DNA of 64,000 nt, taken from positions 1-64,000 of the forward strand of contig OY970067.1 in the NCBI GenBank assembly GCA_963705305.1, in the 5' to 3' direction. Below, piece after piece: positions 49,600-59,763 of the stretch. The stretch comes from an uncultured Methylomirabilota bacterium. GTDB taxonomy: Bacteria > Methylomirabilota > Methylomirabilia > Methylomirabilales > 2-02-FULL-66-22. Both the position numbers and the translations under genes were made by a program. The notes under the pieces are model-generated. The model ran no database searches. It was given only the letters and a program-made list of their open reading frames with translations, and was not told the DNA's origin. The first letter of the stretch is position 1. Each line of letters begins with the position of its first letter.

Positions 49600-50448
49600 C
49601 TAGCCTTTCACTGACCCGGTCAGGCCGGCCACGTAATACTCCACGAAGAAGGAGTAGATAAAGGCGATCGGAACCGAGCCGAGCAGGGCCCCGGCCATGA
49701 GTTGCCCCCAAAAGAAAATGTCCCCGCGGATCAGTTCGGTCACCACGCCGACGGAGATGGTCTTGTGGGCGGCGGAAGAGAGGAAGACCAGGGCATAGAG
49801 GAACTCGTTCCAGGAGAGGGTGAAGGCGAAAATTCCCGCCGACAGAATCCCCGGGATGGCGATGGGGAAGATGATCCGCACCATGGCGCCGATGCGGGTG
49901 GCCCCGTCGATGCGCGCGCACTCTTCCAGCTCCCGCGGGATGGTGCGAAAATACCCCATGAGCAGCCAGGTGCAGAACGGGATCAGGAACGTGGGATAGG
50001 TGAGGATGAGCGCCCAGGGGGTGTCGCCGAGCTGGAAATTCCGGATGATGGTGGCCAGGGGGATGAACAGGAGCGTCGGCGGGACTAGGTAGGTCACGAA
50101 GATGCTCGTCCCCAGGGTCCCGGCCATGGGGAAGTGCAGCCGGGCCAGCGCATACCCTGCCAGCAATCCGCAGAATAGGGAGACAGCCGTGGACAGGAGG
50201 GCGATGAAGAACGTGTTCCAAACCCAGCGCGGGAACACGGTGGTGGCCAGCAGCTTCTCGAGGTGGATCAGGGTGGGGTGAAGGGTCCACAGGGGCGTAT
50301 CATTCACGGCGCGCCACGACCGGTACAGCTCCGAATCGGGTCGCACGGCCGTGACGAGCATCCAGTAGAATGGGAAGAGGATCCCGATCAGGAACATGGC
50401 CAGGGGGATGTAGAAAAAGACCCACGTCCGCCATCGCGGCTCGACCAT
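49600..50448 (-). CDS. carbohydrate ABC transporter permease
   Basis: ELEECARIDGA, SWNEFLYA. Confidence 0.93.
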   Translation of the reverse strand: MVEPRWRTWVFFYIPLAMFLIGILFPFYWMLVTAVRPDSELYRSWRAVNDTPLWTLHPTLIHLEKLLATTVFPRWVWNTFFIALLSTAVSLFCGLLAGYALARLHFPMAGTLGTSIFVTYLVPPTLLFIPLATIIRNFQLGDTPWALILTYPTFLIPFCTWLLMGYFRTIPRELEECARIDGATRIGAMVRIIFPIAIPGILSAGIFAFTLSWNEFLYALVFLSSAAHKTISVGVVTELIRGDIFFWGQLMAGALLGSVPIAFIYSFFVEYYVAGLTGSVKG

Positions 50449-51422
50449 CAGACGCCCTCCAGGTGCCGCACGTACCGGAGCTGAAACCAGACCACGAAGA
50501 GGAGGACCGGGAACATGAACAGCGATATGGCTGCCCCCATGCCGAGCTGGCCCGCCGAGACCCCCACATCGTATGCGTAGGTCGCCAGGACCTGGGTGGC
50601 GTTGGCCGGGCCCCCGCCCGTCAACACGTAGATGAGCTGGAAGTCGGCGAAGGTCTGGATGATCGAGAACACCACCACCACGACCGTCACCGGTTTCAGC
50701 AGGGGCCAGGTCACGTACCAGAAGCGCTGCCATCCGGTGGCGCCGTCCAGGGCAGCCGCCTCGTGCAGGTCGGGATTGATCGTCTGGAGTCCCGCCAGGA
50801 ACGAGATGGCGAAGAAAGGCATCCCGCGCCAGGTGTTCACCACGATAGCGCAGCCCAGGGCCCAGGTGCCGTTGGTCAGGAAGGGGAGCCGATGGGTGAT
50901 GAAGCCGCCGTGATACAGGAGCCAGTTCAGGACGCTGGAGGTCGGGTCGAACATCCATTCCCACGAGTAGGTCGAGAGTACCGTGGGGACAATGAAAGGC
51001 AAGAGGACGATGGCGCGCACGAAGCGGTGGGCGCGGAAGTCCCGGTTCAACAGGAGGGCCAGCCACATCCCCAGGGCCAGCTTGAGGATCACGGCACAAA
51101 TCGTATAGATGACCGTGTTTTGGAACGCGGTCCGGAAGATGGAGTCGTTCCAGGCCGCGACAAAGTTCTGCAGCCCCACGAAATGGCCGGGGTTCCCCAC
51201 GCTGGTGCTGCTGACCGCCAGCCAGATCCCCATCATGAAAGGGTAGGCAATGAAGAGGACAAGCAGCAGGAGCGCCGGGGCCATGAGAACGGCGGCCAGG
51301 ACGCTCTCGTTCTCCAGCAGCGGAGTGCGTGGAGCCGGAAGCGTGGGGTGAGAGACGCGGGGGTGCGGGAGCGCCTCCACCCTGATGGCGCTCCCCACCT
51401 CCTCCACAAGCTGATGGTTCAT
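50448..51422 (-). CDS. sugar ABC transporter permease
   Basis: EAAALDGA, VTWPLL, TGGGP. Confidence 0.93.
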   Translation of the reverse strand: MNHQLVEEVGSAIRVEALPHPRVSHPTLPAPRTPLLENESVLAAVLMAPALLLLVLFIAYPFMMGIWLAVSSTSVGNPGHFVGLQNFVAAWNDSIFRTAFQNTVIYTICAVILKLALGMWLALLLNRDFRAHRFVRAIVLLPFIVPTVLSTYSWEWMFDPTSSVLNWLLYHGGFITHRLPFLTNGTWALGCAIVVNTWRGMPFFAISFLAGLQTINPDLHEAAALDGATGWQRFWYVTWPLLKPVTVVVVVFSIIQTFADFQLIYVLTGGGPANATQVLATYAYDVGVSAGQLGMGAAISLFMFPVLLFVVWFQLRYVRHLEGV

Positions 51423-51438
51423 CTCGCGTCCAGCAGGG

Positions 51439-52806
51439 CTATGCCGCGTAGACGCTCTTCAATTGCGTGGCGGCCCACTTCGCGGAATCCCCCGGGGTCA
51501 TCCCCTGGACGGCTTTGGCGTACATGTCGGTGACGATATACTTCGAGAACGCCTCGGTGGCCTGGGGATCGGACGGACCGGCGTAGCCGAAGACCCGGGT
51601 CTTGCGGGCGGCCGTCCGGAAGATCTTCAACGGCTCGTCGATGGTCTGCCACATGGGATCGTCCTCCCAGGACGTGTTGGCCCCCACGTTGTATCCGCCC
51701 GAGGCCAGCAGCCACTGCCGGAAGTGCGGCTTCTGATGGATCCAGCGCAGGAACTCCTTGGCCAGCGTCTGGTTCTTGGAGTACTTCATCACCCCGTCGG
51801 ACATGCTGAGGTACAGCTGCTCCTGGCTGACCGGCCCTGCCGGGAGAATGATGTGGTCGATGTCCAGGTACAGCGGATTCCCGTGCTCATCCAGGATCTG
51901 GTCTTTCTGCCGCTTGGCCTGGATGTAGATGGAGGCGCCGTTCAGCGTGGCGCAGATCTCCAGGGCGTAGAACGCCCGGTTGTTGCCGGTATCGTCCCAG
52001 GCCAGGCCCCCCTCATCGCAGCTGTCTTTCCAGAACGCCGTCATGAACTTCACGGCCTCCTGCGTCCCCTTGGAGTCGAGCACGACGTGCTTCCCGGTGG
52101 GGCCGGTCTCGGCGCCCCCGAAGTCCCAAGTGAGCGGATAGGTCCACGTCGGAGCGTCGCCGAAGGTATGGCCCAGCGTCTGCCCGTAGGGTCGCCCCTG
52201 CTTCTTCAGCGGGGTGGTCGCGCGATGGAGGTCCTCCATTGTCTTGATCGTGGTGCGAGGATCGGGCACCCCCACCTCCTTGAACCAAGATTTTCGATAG
52301 GCGATGGCGTTGCCCACGATGGAGTAGGGCACCGCCCGCCAGGCGCCGTTCACGTCCGCCGACGGCGGGTAGATGGCATAGACGGCCCCCTGGTCCTTCT
52401 CCACGGCCTTGACGATGTCGCCCACATCCGCCAAGGCGCTGGCATAGAGCTGGGGCCAGTTGTACATCATCATGAAGATGTCGGCCCCCGAGCCCGATTG
52501 GATCGACGCAGTGATACGCGCCTGGATGTCGTTCCCGTTGATGGTTTCAAGCTGGATCCGTGCGCCGAGGTCCTTAGAGGCTTCGGGCATCTGCCGCTTC
52601 AGCTCGGCGTCGGCGTCGGGGATGAAGTCCACCCAGCGCACCCAGTGCAGCGTGGTCCCCTGGGCGTAGGCGGGTGGCGTCTTGGTCAACAGGATCCCTC
52701 CGAGCCCGCCCGCAGCGGCGACGACGCCGAGGGCGCCTCCCATTTTGATGAAGCTACGGCGGTTCACAGTGACGGCACGGGATTTGGCACGGCGAGACGT
52801 GTCCAT
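51439..52806 (-). CDS. sugar ABC substrate-binding protein with Tat signal
   Basis: NRRSFIK twin-arginine motif; SBP-like sequence next to the permeases. Confidence 0.9.
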   Translation of the reverse strand: MDTSRRAKSRAVTVNRRSFIKMGGALGVVAAAGGLGGILLTKTPPAYAQGTTLHWVRWVDFIPDADAELKRQMPEASKDLGARIQLETINGNDIQARITASIQSGSGADIFMMMYNWPQLYASALADVGDIVKAVEKDQGAVYAIYPPSADVNGAWRAVPYSIVGNAIAYRKSWFKEVGVPDPRTTIKTMEDLHRATTPLKKQGRPYGQTLGHTFGDAPTWTYPLTWDFGGAETGPTGKHVVLDSKGTQEAVKFMTAFWKDSCDEGGLAWDDTGNNRAFYALEICATLNGASIYIQAKRQKDQILDEHGNPLYLDIDHIILPAGPVSQEQLYLSMSDGVMKYSKNQTLAKEFLRWIHQKPHFRQWLLASGGYNVGANTSWEDDPMWQTIDEPLKIFRTAARKTRVFGYAGPSDPQATEAFSKYIVTDMYAKAVQGMTPGDSAKWAATQLKSVYAA

Positions 52807-53237
52807 CTGACTCCCTCCTTCTCCTTCGGTCTTCAGATGTCCGGGTGTGGCAGCGGGTGCTGGCAGGTGCGGTTGATCCGTGGCGAGGTATGGCTGGGAT
52901 TTCCGGAAGCAACGGAAGTCTCTTCGCATGGGAAGAGGACCTCCACTCCGACGATCTACACGTTATTCTGCTGCCACAGTGTGCTCATGGTCGGGGATGG
53001 TCCGACCGCCGATGCCTATATCTGAACAATCGGACCATCTAGGTCTTGTTTAGCATCGCAAGATATGCTTGTCAAATAATACAGGAGTTATTTCATACGC
53101 CTTCCTGGAAGAACCCGGGCGCGCAATCGAGATTCCTGGCACAGTTGTGAGCAGACGGAATGTTGGCCAGAACTCGCGAGAGGAGCTATAGAGCGTAAAC
53201 GCATCTATCTGAATGGCGCCTGGGGACCGGATCCATA

Positions 53238-53429
53238 ATGGATCGCGCGGTCCGGTGCGCCACCAGCCAGTACTGGGTGGACCTTCCTTTCGTGGGCGCC
53301 ATGCTCCCGCCGGGGCTCGTCGGCGGGGCGGTCGGCATCTGGCTGGCCTGCCGGCTGCCCAAGCCAGCCGTGCAGCGGCTGTTCGCCCCGTTCCTGATCT
53401 GCGTCGGCGTCTACATGACCATCAAGTAG
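53238..53429 (+). pseudogene. C-terminal fragment of a TauE/SafE-like membrane protein
   Basis: GAVGIWLACRLPKPAVQRLFAPFLICVGVYM. Confidence 0.45.
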
Positions 53430-54067
53430 CCCTCCCTCCTTCTGGCCTCATCCGTGTGGACCGGCTTGGGTCGTGACCCAGTGGGGACTGAGCTTCCCCT
53501 TGGCGCACGCCGGGCTTCAGCCGGTCTCACGTGGTGACTTCGTCCGGCCAAAATGGCGGCAGTGCATGGCGCTCTGCGGGGTGGTCCTTCCCAACCTGCG
53601 GGGACGCCACACGCAGGAGCAACTGGAGCAGCTGACGCAAGACGTTCACGACACGATTCACCATCGGCCCTCCTCGCCGGGGAGGGCTCGGGAACTTCGA
53701 CCGCTTCCCACCAGAGCCCGGGGAGGCTCAGCATTCCGGGCGAGCTTGCTTGGACAAGCGTGATCCGCTGGAGTACCATACAGGGGATTGTTCTCTCGAC
53801 CCCAGCCGCGATTTCCGATCCCCTCTCCGCGGGGAGGAGCCGTGCCGAGCCCGGTTTTTCTATGGCGCCAGCCCAGACCGGATGGTTTGGTCCGGCCGAG
53901 GAGACGCCGGCCATCTGCCGGCGCCCGCCCCGGGGCGGCCGATGTTCATAGGTCAAGTCCTCAGGCAAGCCACTGCTCCTTTCCTGCGATGTCCCGGTGG
54001 ACGCGTGCGCCGGGGGTCACGGTTCGTCCGATCAGGTAGTGCGGCGGCAAGCCGGAAGGAGGCACTC

Positions 54068-56386
54068 ATGAACGGGCGGTCGCGGTCGATGCTCGTCTCC
54101 CCGCTCTGGCTCCAGGTCGCCATCCTCACCTTCCTGGTCGGGTTCGCCGTCCTGGGGATCCTCGCCTACCTCATCACGGCCGAGCACCCGCCCATCCCGC
54201 AGCGGGTCCTGCGGCCCGACGGGACGGTCCTATTCACCGGCGACGACGTCATGGGCGGGCAGCACGTGTTCCAGAAGTACGGCCTCATGCAGTTCGGGAC
54301 CATCTTCGGCCACGGCGCCTACCTGGGCCCGGACTTCACCGCCCGGTATCTTCACCAAGCGGGGATCGCCATGCGCGCGTTTTACGGCGGGGCCGGCCTG
54401 GGAGCGGCCGACGCGGCGGCCAGAGTCCAGCAGGAGCTCAAACACAACGGCTATGAGGCCGGGACGGGGACCCTGACCTTTACCGGCGGCCAGGTCCACG
54501 CCTTCGAGGAGGTCGCGCGGGACGACCGGACATGGTTCGGGCGCCCCGACGAGCAGACCGGCCTCCGCCGGCCGACCCTGGACGCGTCGGAAGCGCGCCA
54601 ACTGACCGCCTACTTCGCCTGGGCCGCCTGGGTGGCGGCGGCGCAGCGGCCGGGGACGGATTACTCCTATACCAACAACTGGCCGCCCGAGCCCATGGCG
54701 GGAAACCGGCCGACCGCCGACGCCTTCCTATGGAGTGTGCTCAGCCTGATCGCCCTGCTGGGCGGGGTCGGGGTGATCCTCTTTCTGTTCGGCCGCTACG
54801 ACCTGCTGGGCTGGCATCGGACCGAGGAGGCAGGCGCGACGGGGCCGGTGAGCTTCCGGCCGCCCGACCAGGTGCGGCTCACCCCCGCCCAGCGCGCCAC
54901 GGCCTGGTACTTCCTGGTGGTGGCCGGGTTGTTCCTCATGCAGGGGCTGCTGGGCGGGGCCACCGCGCACTACCATGTGGAGCCGGGCGGTTTCTACGGG
55001 ATCGACATCGCGCGCTGGTTCCCCTATAACCTGACCCGGATGTGGCACGTCCAATTGGCGCTGTTCTTCGTCACGGCGAGCTATCTGGCCATGGGGATCT
55101 TCATCGTGCCCATGATCGCGCGACGCGAGCCGCCCCATCAGGACAAGCTGGCCATCGGCCTCTTCGCAGCCCTCGTGGTGGTCGTGGTGGGGAGCCTCCT
55201 GGGTGAGGCGGCGAGCCTGAAGGATTACATTCCCCGCAGCGGTCCGTGGTTCTGGATCGGGACCCAAGGCTGGCCGTACCTGGACCTGGGCCGGCTGTGG
55301 CAGATCCTGCTGACGGTGGGGCTGGTCCTCTGGCTGGTCATCCTGCTGCGGGGCATGTGGCGGCGCCTACCCGGCGAGCACCCGGGGAATCTGCCCTACC
55401 TCTTGATGTACAGCGCCCTGTCCATCCCCCTCTTCTACGCCGTGGGCATGGTGTTCGGCAAGAACGTGAACTTCGCCGTCATGAACTTCTGGCGCTTCTG
55501 GGTGGTCCACCTCTGGGTGGAGGACTTCCTGGAGCTGTTCACCACCATCATGGTCGCCTACATCTTCGTGCTGCTGGGAGTGGTGCGGCAGACCACGGCC
55601 ACGCGGGTGGTGTACCTGGACATCATACTGTACTCGGTCGGCGGGGTGATCGGCACGATGCACCACCTGTACTTCAGCGGCGCGCCGGCCATCCACATGG
55701 CCCTGGGGGCGTTCTTCTCGGCCATGGAGGTCATCCCCCTGGTCCTGCTGAGCTACGAGGCGTGGCAGTTCATGCGGCTGGGGGCCGGCCCGCACCAGGC
55801 GTCGGTCCTGGGAACGCCGGCGGCCGAGTTCCCCCACAAGTGGGCTGTCATGTTCCTGGTCGCCGTGGGCTTCTGGAACTTCCTGGGGGCGGGCGTGTTC
55901 GGATTCCTCATCAATCTGCCGATCGTCAGCTACTACGAGATCGGGACGCAGTTCACGGCCAACCACGCCCACGGGGCCCTGATGGGCGTCTACGGGATGC
56001 TGGCCATGGGGTTCTTCATGTTCGTCGCCCGCTACTTCATCCCCCCGGACCGGCGGAGCGAGCAGGCCATGCGGATCTCGTTTTGGAGCCTGAACATCGG
56101 GTTGCTGCTGATGCTGTGCCTCAACCTGGTGCCGATCGGGATCCTCCAGCTGTACGACAGCTTCCAGAACGGCTACTGGCACGCCCGCGCGCCGGCGTTC
56201 TTCCAGCAGACCGCCGTCCGGGTGATCGAGTGGCTGCGCCTGCCGGGGGATCTCGTGTTCATCCTGGGCGGCATCCTGCCGGTGGTCTACCTGGCCGTCC
56301 GGATGTTCCGGGAGCGGAACCGGTACGGCCGGCTGCCGGCCGGGGCCACAACCGAGGAGTTCACGGAGGCGTACGAGCAGCCCTGA
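54068..56386 (+). CDS. norB: quinol-dependent nitric oxide reductase (qNOR)
   Basis: GHGAYLGPDFTA, YTNNWP, WHVQL, HLWVE, GTMHHLY, EVIPL, NHAHGAL, RLPGD. Confidence 0.95.
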   Translation: MNGRSRSMLVSPLWLQVAILTFLVGFAVLGILAYLITAEHPPIPQRVLRPDGTVLFTGDDVMGGQHVFQKYGLMQFGTIFGHGAYLGPDFTARYLHQAGIAMRAFYGGAGLGAADAAARVQQELKHNGYEAGTGTLTFTGGQVHAFEEVARDDRTWFGRPDEQTGLRRPTLDASEARQLTAYFAWAAWVAAAQRPGTDYSYTNNWPPEPMAGNRPTADAFLWSVLSLIALLGGVGVILFLFGRYDLLGWHRTEEAGATGPVSFRPPDQVRLTPAQRATAWYFLVVAGLFLMQGLLGGATAHYHVEPGGFYGIDIARWFPYNLTRMWHVQLALFFVTASYLAMGIFIVPMIARREPPHQDKLAIGLFAALVVVVVGSLLGEAASLKDYIPRSGPWFWIGTQGWPYLDLGRLWQILLTVGLVLWLVILLRGMWRRLPGEHPGNLPYLLMYSALSIPLFYAVGMVFGKNVNFAVMNFWRFWVVHLWVEDFLELFTTIMVAYIFVLLGVVRQTTATRVVYLDIILYSVGGVIGTMHHLYFSGAPAIHMALGAFFSAMEVIPLVLLSYEAWQFMRLGAGPHQASVLGTPAAEFPHKWAVMFLVAVGFWNFLGAGVFGFLINLPIVSYYEIGTQFTANHAHGALMGVYGMLAMGFFMFVARYFIPPDRRSEQAMRISFWSLNIGLLLMLCLNLVPIGILQLYDSFQNGYWHARAPAFFQQTAVRVIEWLRLPGDLVFILGGILPVVYLAVRMFRERNRYGRLPAGATTEEFTEAYEQP

Positions 56387-56540
56387 AATACAAGACGGGA
56401 AGAGAAGGCGCCCGGGTAAGACAGGGGAGGGTTCGGGGGGGATCACTCCCGAGTGCTGAAATCGGGTGACTGGGCCACGATGCGCGGACGGGGGACCGGG
56501 ACCTGATTGAGGGTTCCGTCAGGAACGAAGTGCCCCCGGG

Positions 56541-57032
56541 TCACTCCTCGCCGTTCCGGGCTCCGTCGGCCACCGCCCCCGCTCCCGCCGGGGCGGCGAT
56601 CGCCAGACGCCGGCGTGCCATCGCCCGGACCATGTTCACCATGCCCATCAGCCCCAGGGACTTCCCCATGGAGAGCTCGGCGCCGAAGAGGTCGTAGATG
56701 AGGTCGGGCGGGACCTCCGCCACCGCCTCCAGCGGCGCCCCTGACAGGGTCCGCTGCAGGATGGCCGCCAGTGCGCGCGCCGAGATACCCTGCGGATTCT
56801 CCACCGCAAAGTGGAAGCAGAGGGTGCCGTCCGGGCCCGGCTCCGACCAGATGTAGGTCTCCGACTCGCACCCCGGGACGCGGTGCGTCGGGGGGTACGG
56901 CCGCGTGGCGATGCGCGGGGGCACTGGCGTGAAGGTGCCGGCGAGATCGATGAGCATCTGAATCCGCCCGCTCCGATCGAGCCCGGCCAGGAGCCGCCGC
57001 ACCTCTTCCAGCTTCTCAGGCAGTCGGTTCAT
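56541..57032 (-). CDS. sufE: SufE family sulfur acceptor protein
   Basis: RVPGCES catalytic Cys motif; ATGA overlap with the rhodanese gene. Confidence 0.85.
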   Translation of the reverse strand: MNRLPEKLEEVRRLLAGLDRSGRIQMLIDLAGTFTPVPPRIATRPYPPTHRVPGCESETYIWSEPGPDGTLCFHFAVENPQGISARALAAILQRTLSGAPLEAVAEVPPDLIYDLFGAELSMGKSLGLMGMVNMVRAMARRRLAIAAPAGAGAVADGARNGEE

Positions 57033-57922
57033 CGGCGAGGCTGAGCGCTCGGGTTCTCCACCGGCACGTCGACGAGGTTCCCCCACTCGGTCCAGCTCCC
57101 GTCGTAGTTGCGGACGTGGGAGAAGCCGAGGAGGTACGTCAAGACGAACCAGGTGTGGCTGCTCCGCTCCCCAATCCGGCAGTACGCAATGATCTCGTCC
57201 TCGCGCCCGAGCCGGTGCTCGTCCACGTAGATCGCCCGCAGCTCGGCGGCCGACTTGAATGTGCCGTCCTCGGGATGGATGGCCCGCGACCACGGGATGT
57301 TGACGGCGCCCGGAATATGCCCCCCGCGGAGCGCCCCTTCATTCGGGTACTCGGGCATGTGGAGCCGCTCGCCCCGGTACTCCTCGGGGCTCCGGACATC
57401 CACCAGGGCCCGCTGTCGCCCCACGTGCGCCAGTACCTCGTCGCGGAAGGCGCGGATTCGCGCATCGTCCCGCGCACGCGCCACGTACCGTTCCGCGGGG
57501 ACCTGGGGGAACTCCGTGGACAGGGGCCGCTTCTCCTGGACCCACTTCAGCCGCCCCCCGTCCATGATGCGGGCCTTCGCGTGGCCGAAGAGCTGGAGGA
57601 TCCAGAAGGCGTAGGTCGCCCACCAGTTATTTTTGTCCCCGTACAGCACAACGGTGGTATCCGGCGCGACCCCGAGGCGGCTCATGAGGCGGCTGAATTC
57701 GTCTCGATCCAGGTAGTCCCGCCGGACCGGATCGTTGAGATCGCGTATCCAGTCGAGCTCCACCGCCCCCGGGATGTGCCCGGACGGGTAGAGCAGCGGG
57801 TCCTCGTTCGACTCCGCGATCCGCACCTCGCGATCCCGGAGGTGGTCGGCGACCCAGTCAGTGGACACCAGGATCTCGCTTCGGGCATACCCCCGGCTTT
57901 CAATCCGTGAATCCAACGGCAT
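57029..57922 (-). CDS. tandem-domain rhodanese (thiosulfate/3-mercaptopyruvate sulfurtransferase)
   Basis: GHIPGA twice, [17 protein letters not shown]. Confidence 0.93.
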   Translation of the reverse strand: MPLDSRIESRGYARSEILVSTDWVADHLRDREVRIAESNEDPLLYPSGHIPGAVELDWIRDLNDPVRRDYLDRDEFSRLMSRLGVAPDTTVVLYGDKNNWWATYAFWILQLFGHAKARIMDGGRLKWVQEKRPLSTEFPQVPAERYVARARDDARIRAFRDEVLAHVGRQRALVDVRSPEEYRGERLHMPEYPNEGALRGGHIPGAVNIPWSRAIHPEDGTFKSAAELRAIYVDEHRLGREDEIIAYCRIGERSSHTWFVLTYLLGFSHVRNYDGSWTEWGNLVDVPVENPSAQPRR

Positions 57923-58523
57923 GCTCACGTCCGACACCTGCCTTTCCCACCCTGCCAAACTGCCCGTTCCAACAGCACCGGCAGAGAAAGTTGTCCACGC
58001 TCGCCCTGTCGCCCCAAGCGAGGCTGGCAGCTTGGGATACCAGGGGACTCCCGGCCCTTTGTGACCGGCGAAAAGATTTTAGCACAATGGAGAGTGATGG
58101 GGTACTCTTTCTTCCAAGAGGGCGTCTCTTCGAGGGAATTTGAAGTCGAGGCTACTCCCAGGGTCAGGTCCTGCCGAAATCGGCGAAGCTCATCCTGAGA
58201 GACCTTCAATCTGGGTCGAATCTGCTCGGCAGCGCCACCGGGGAATCTCGGCCTGGCACCGCACGGGGTCGCGTGCCGGTCGTCCAGCCACGCGGCTTGC
58301 TTCGAGTGCAGGCGAAGACCCGCCAGCTGGCGACCGGCCTGGTTCGGATCCCCCTTCATCTCGAGAGGTTGGCGGACGCTCAAGGGCAGCGAGCGGCTTC
58401 CCGGTTTCTCAAGCCACAGCGGCAAGTTGCCTTGGGGCCAGCGACCCTCGCATTACTCAGGGATTCCGCCCTGCACAATGGGGGTTCCACCACGCGGCCC
58501 TGGCTGCCGCCTGATCGGCGCCG

Positions 58524-59309
58524 CTACACGGAGAGCGATTCCCGCAGCTTCTTCCCATTAGCCGTCCACCACTGCAGCAGGATCCACAGATCTACGTTCA
58601 GGTTGAAGTGCCGGACGCCGAGATCGAGGTAGTATTTGGCATCCTCGGGCGCGACGATTTCGGTTCGCGCCGGGATGCCCCGGCGATGCGCGGTCTCGAT
58701 CACCTTCCGTTCCACCGTCTTGATCTCGGGGTCCAGCCGGGCGCCCGGCCTGCCGATGCTCACGGTGTAATCACCCGGCCCCCACTGGATCATATCGATT
58801 CCCGGCACGGCCAGGATTTCGTCCAGGTTTTCGACGGCCTCCCGCTTCTCGATCATCAGCATCACCACCACATCCCGGAGCGCCTGGAGGTAGTCGGCCC
58901 CTCCGACCTGGGCCCGGGGACTGAACCGCCGCGGGGAGGAGCCGAACAGGCCGCCATCTTGCGGAGTCTCCGGGCGGACGCACTGGACGTAACGCCGGGC
59001 CTCCTCGGCGGAGCGGCAGTCGGTGAACAGGATTCCCTGGAAGCCGGCGCCGACGGCGCGCTGCGCGACATAGTCGCTGGAAGCCTGGTCGATCTTGATG
59101 ATGGGAGTCACGTCGACCAGCTCCGCCGCCCGGCACACGTTCTCCAGGTCGTGAAGGTCAAAGGGCACGTACTCGGCGAGGAACTCGACGTAGTCGTACT
59201 GCCCCGCCTGTCCCAGGACCTCGATCACTGTCGGCCAAGGGCTCATCACGCGGGTCCCGAGCGTCGGTTTCCCCGCGCGGAGCAGTTCACGCAGCTTGTT
59301 CGGTCTCAT
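58524..59309 (-). CDS. HpcH/HpaI aldolase family protein
   Basis: LMIEKREAVENLDEILAVPGIDMIQWGPGD. Confidence 0.88.
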   Translation of the reverse strand: MRPNKLRELLRAGKPTLGTRVMSPWPTVIEVLGQAGQYDYVEFLAEYVPFDLHDLENVCRAAELVDVTPIIKIDQASSDYVAQRAVGAGFQGILFTDCRSAEEARRYVQCVRPETPQDGGLFGSSPRRFSPRAQVGGADYLQALRDVVVMLMIEKREAVENLDEILAVPGIDMIQWGPGDYTVSIGRPGARLDPEIKTVERKVIETAHRRGIPARTEIVAPEDAKYYLDLGVRHFNLNVDLWILLQWWTANGKKLRESLSV

Positions 59310-59367
59310 TGCCACGATCTCCTTCTGGTGAATGTTCGGGCCGCCGTCCGGCCTGCAAGGCGAAGGA

Positions 59368-59395
59368 ATGATACCGTTATCATCGCTTTTGTCAA
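59368..59395 (-). promoter_or_regulatory. promoter overlapped by a LacI/GntR-type operator
   Basis: TTGACA-16 nt-TATCAT; palindrome ATGATA-CCGT-TATCAT at 59368-59383. Confidence 0.7.
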
Positions 59396-59763
59396 GACGA
59401 CTTTTTCATCAGCAAGTTCACTGCATTGTGGTATACATGTAGCATAATTTCGGGTGCTGCTCCGTCGCCCCCGGACTGTTCTATTGCCAGCGCTTTCGCT
59501 GGGAGGGTCGGCGCTCGGATGCGGCGTCTGTCCAACGTCATCGGACACCAGGTACCTTCGTGCCCGACTTGATATGGACGAAGCAATGCGAGGCCAGCGC
59601 AGACGGGATGTTGCTGCCGTTCTGGCCTCCCCGATATGGCGGCTGGCGGCAGTAACCGTCTTCACCCGGAGGTCTTGCCATTCCTCATTCGCTTGCGTCT
59701 AACGACAGAGTAAAATCGAAGATTCGCTCGACTTCCTCGAGAGGCAGCCGTCCTACAAGCGGC

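Noticed and set aside
54068..56386. Nitric oxide dismutase (NOD)
   Set aside because: HH, EVIPL and quinol-site residues are canonical qNOR rather than the substituted forms described for NOD.
56488..56540. Imperfect palindrome between the convergent qNOR and sufE genes
   Set aside because: Pairing is too weak and no second copy was found.
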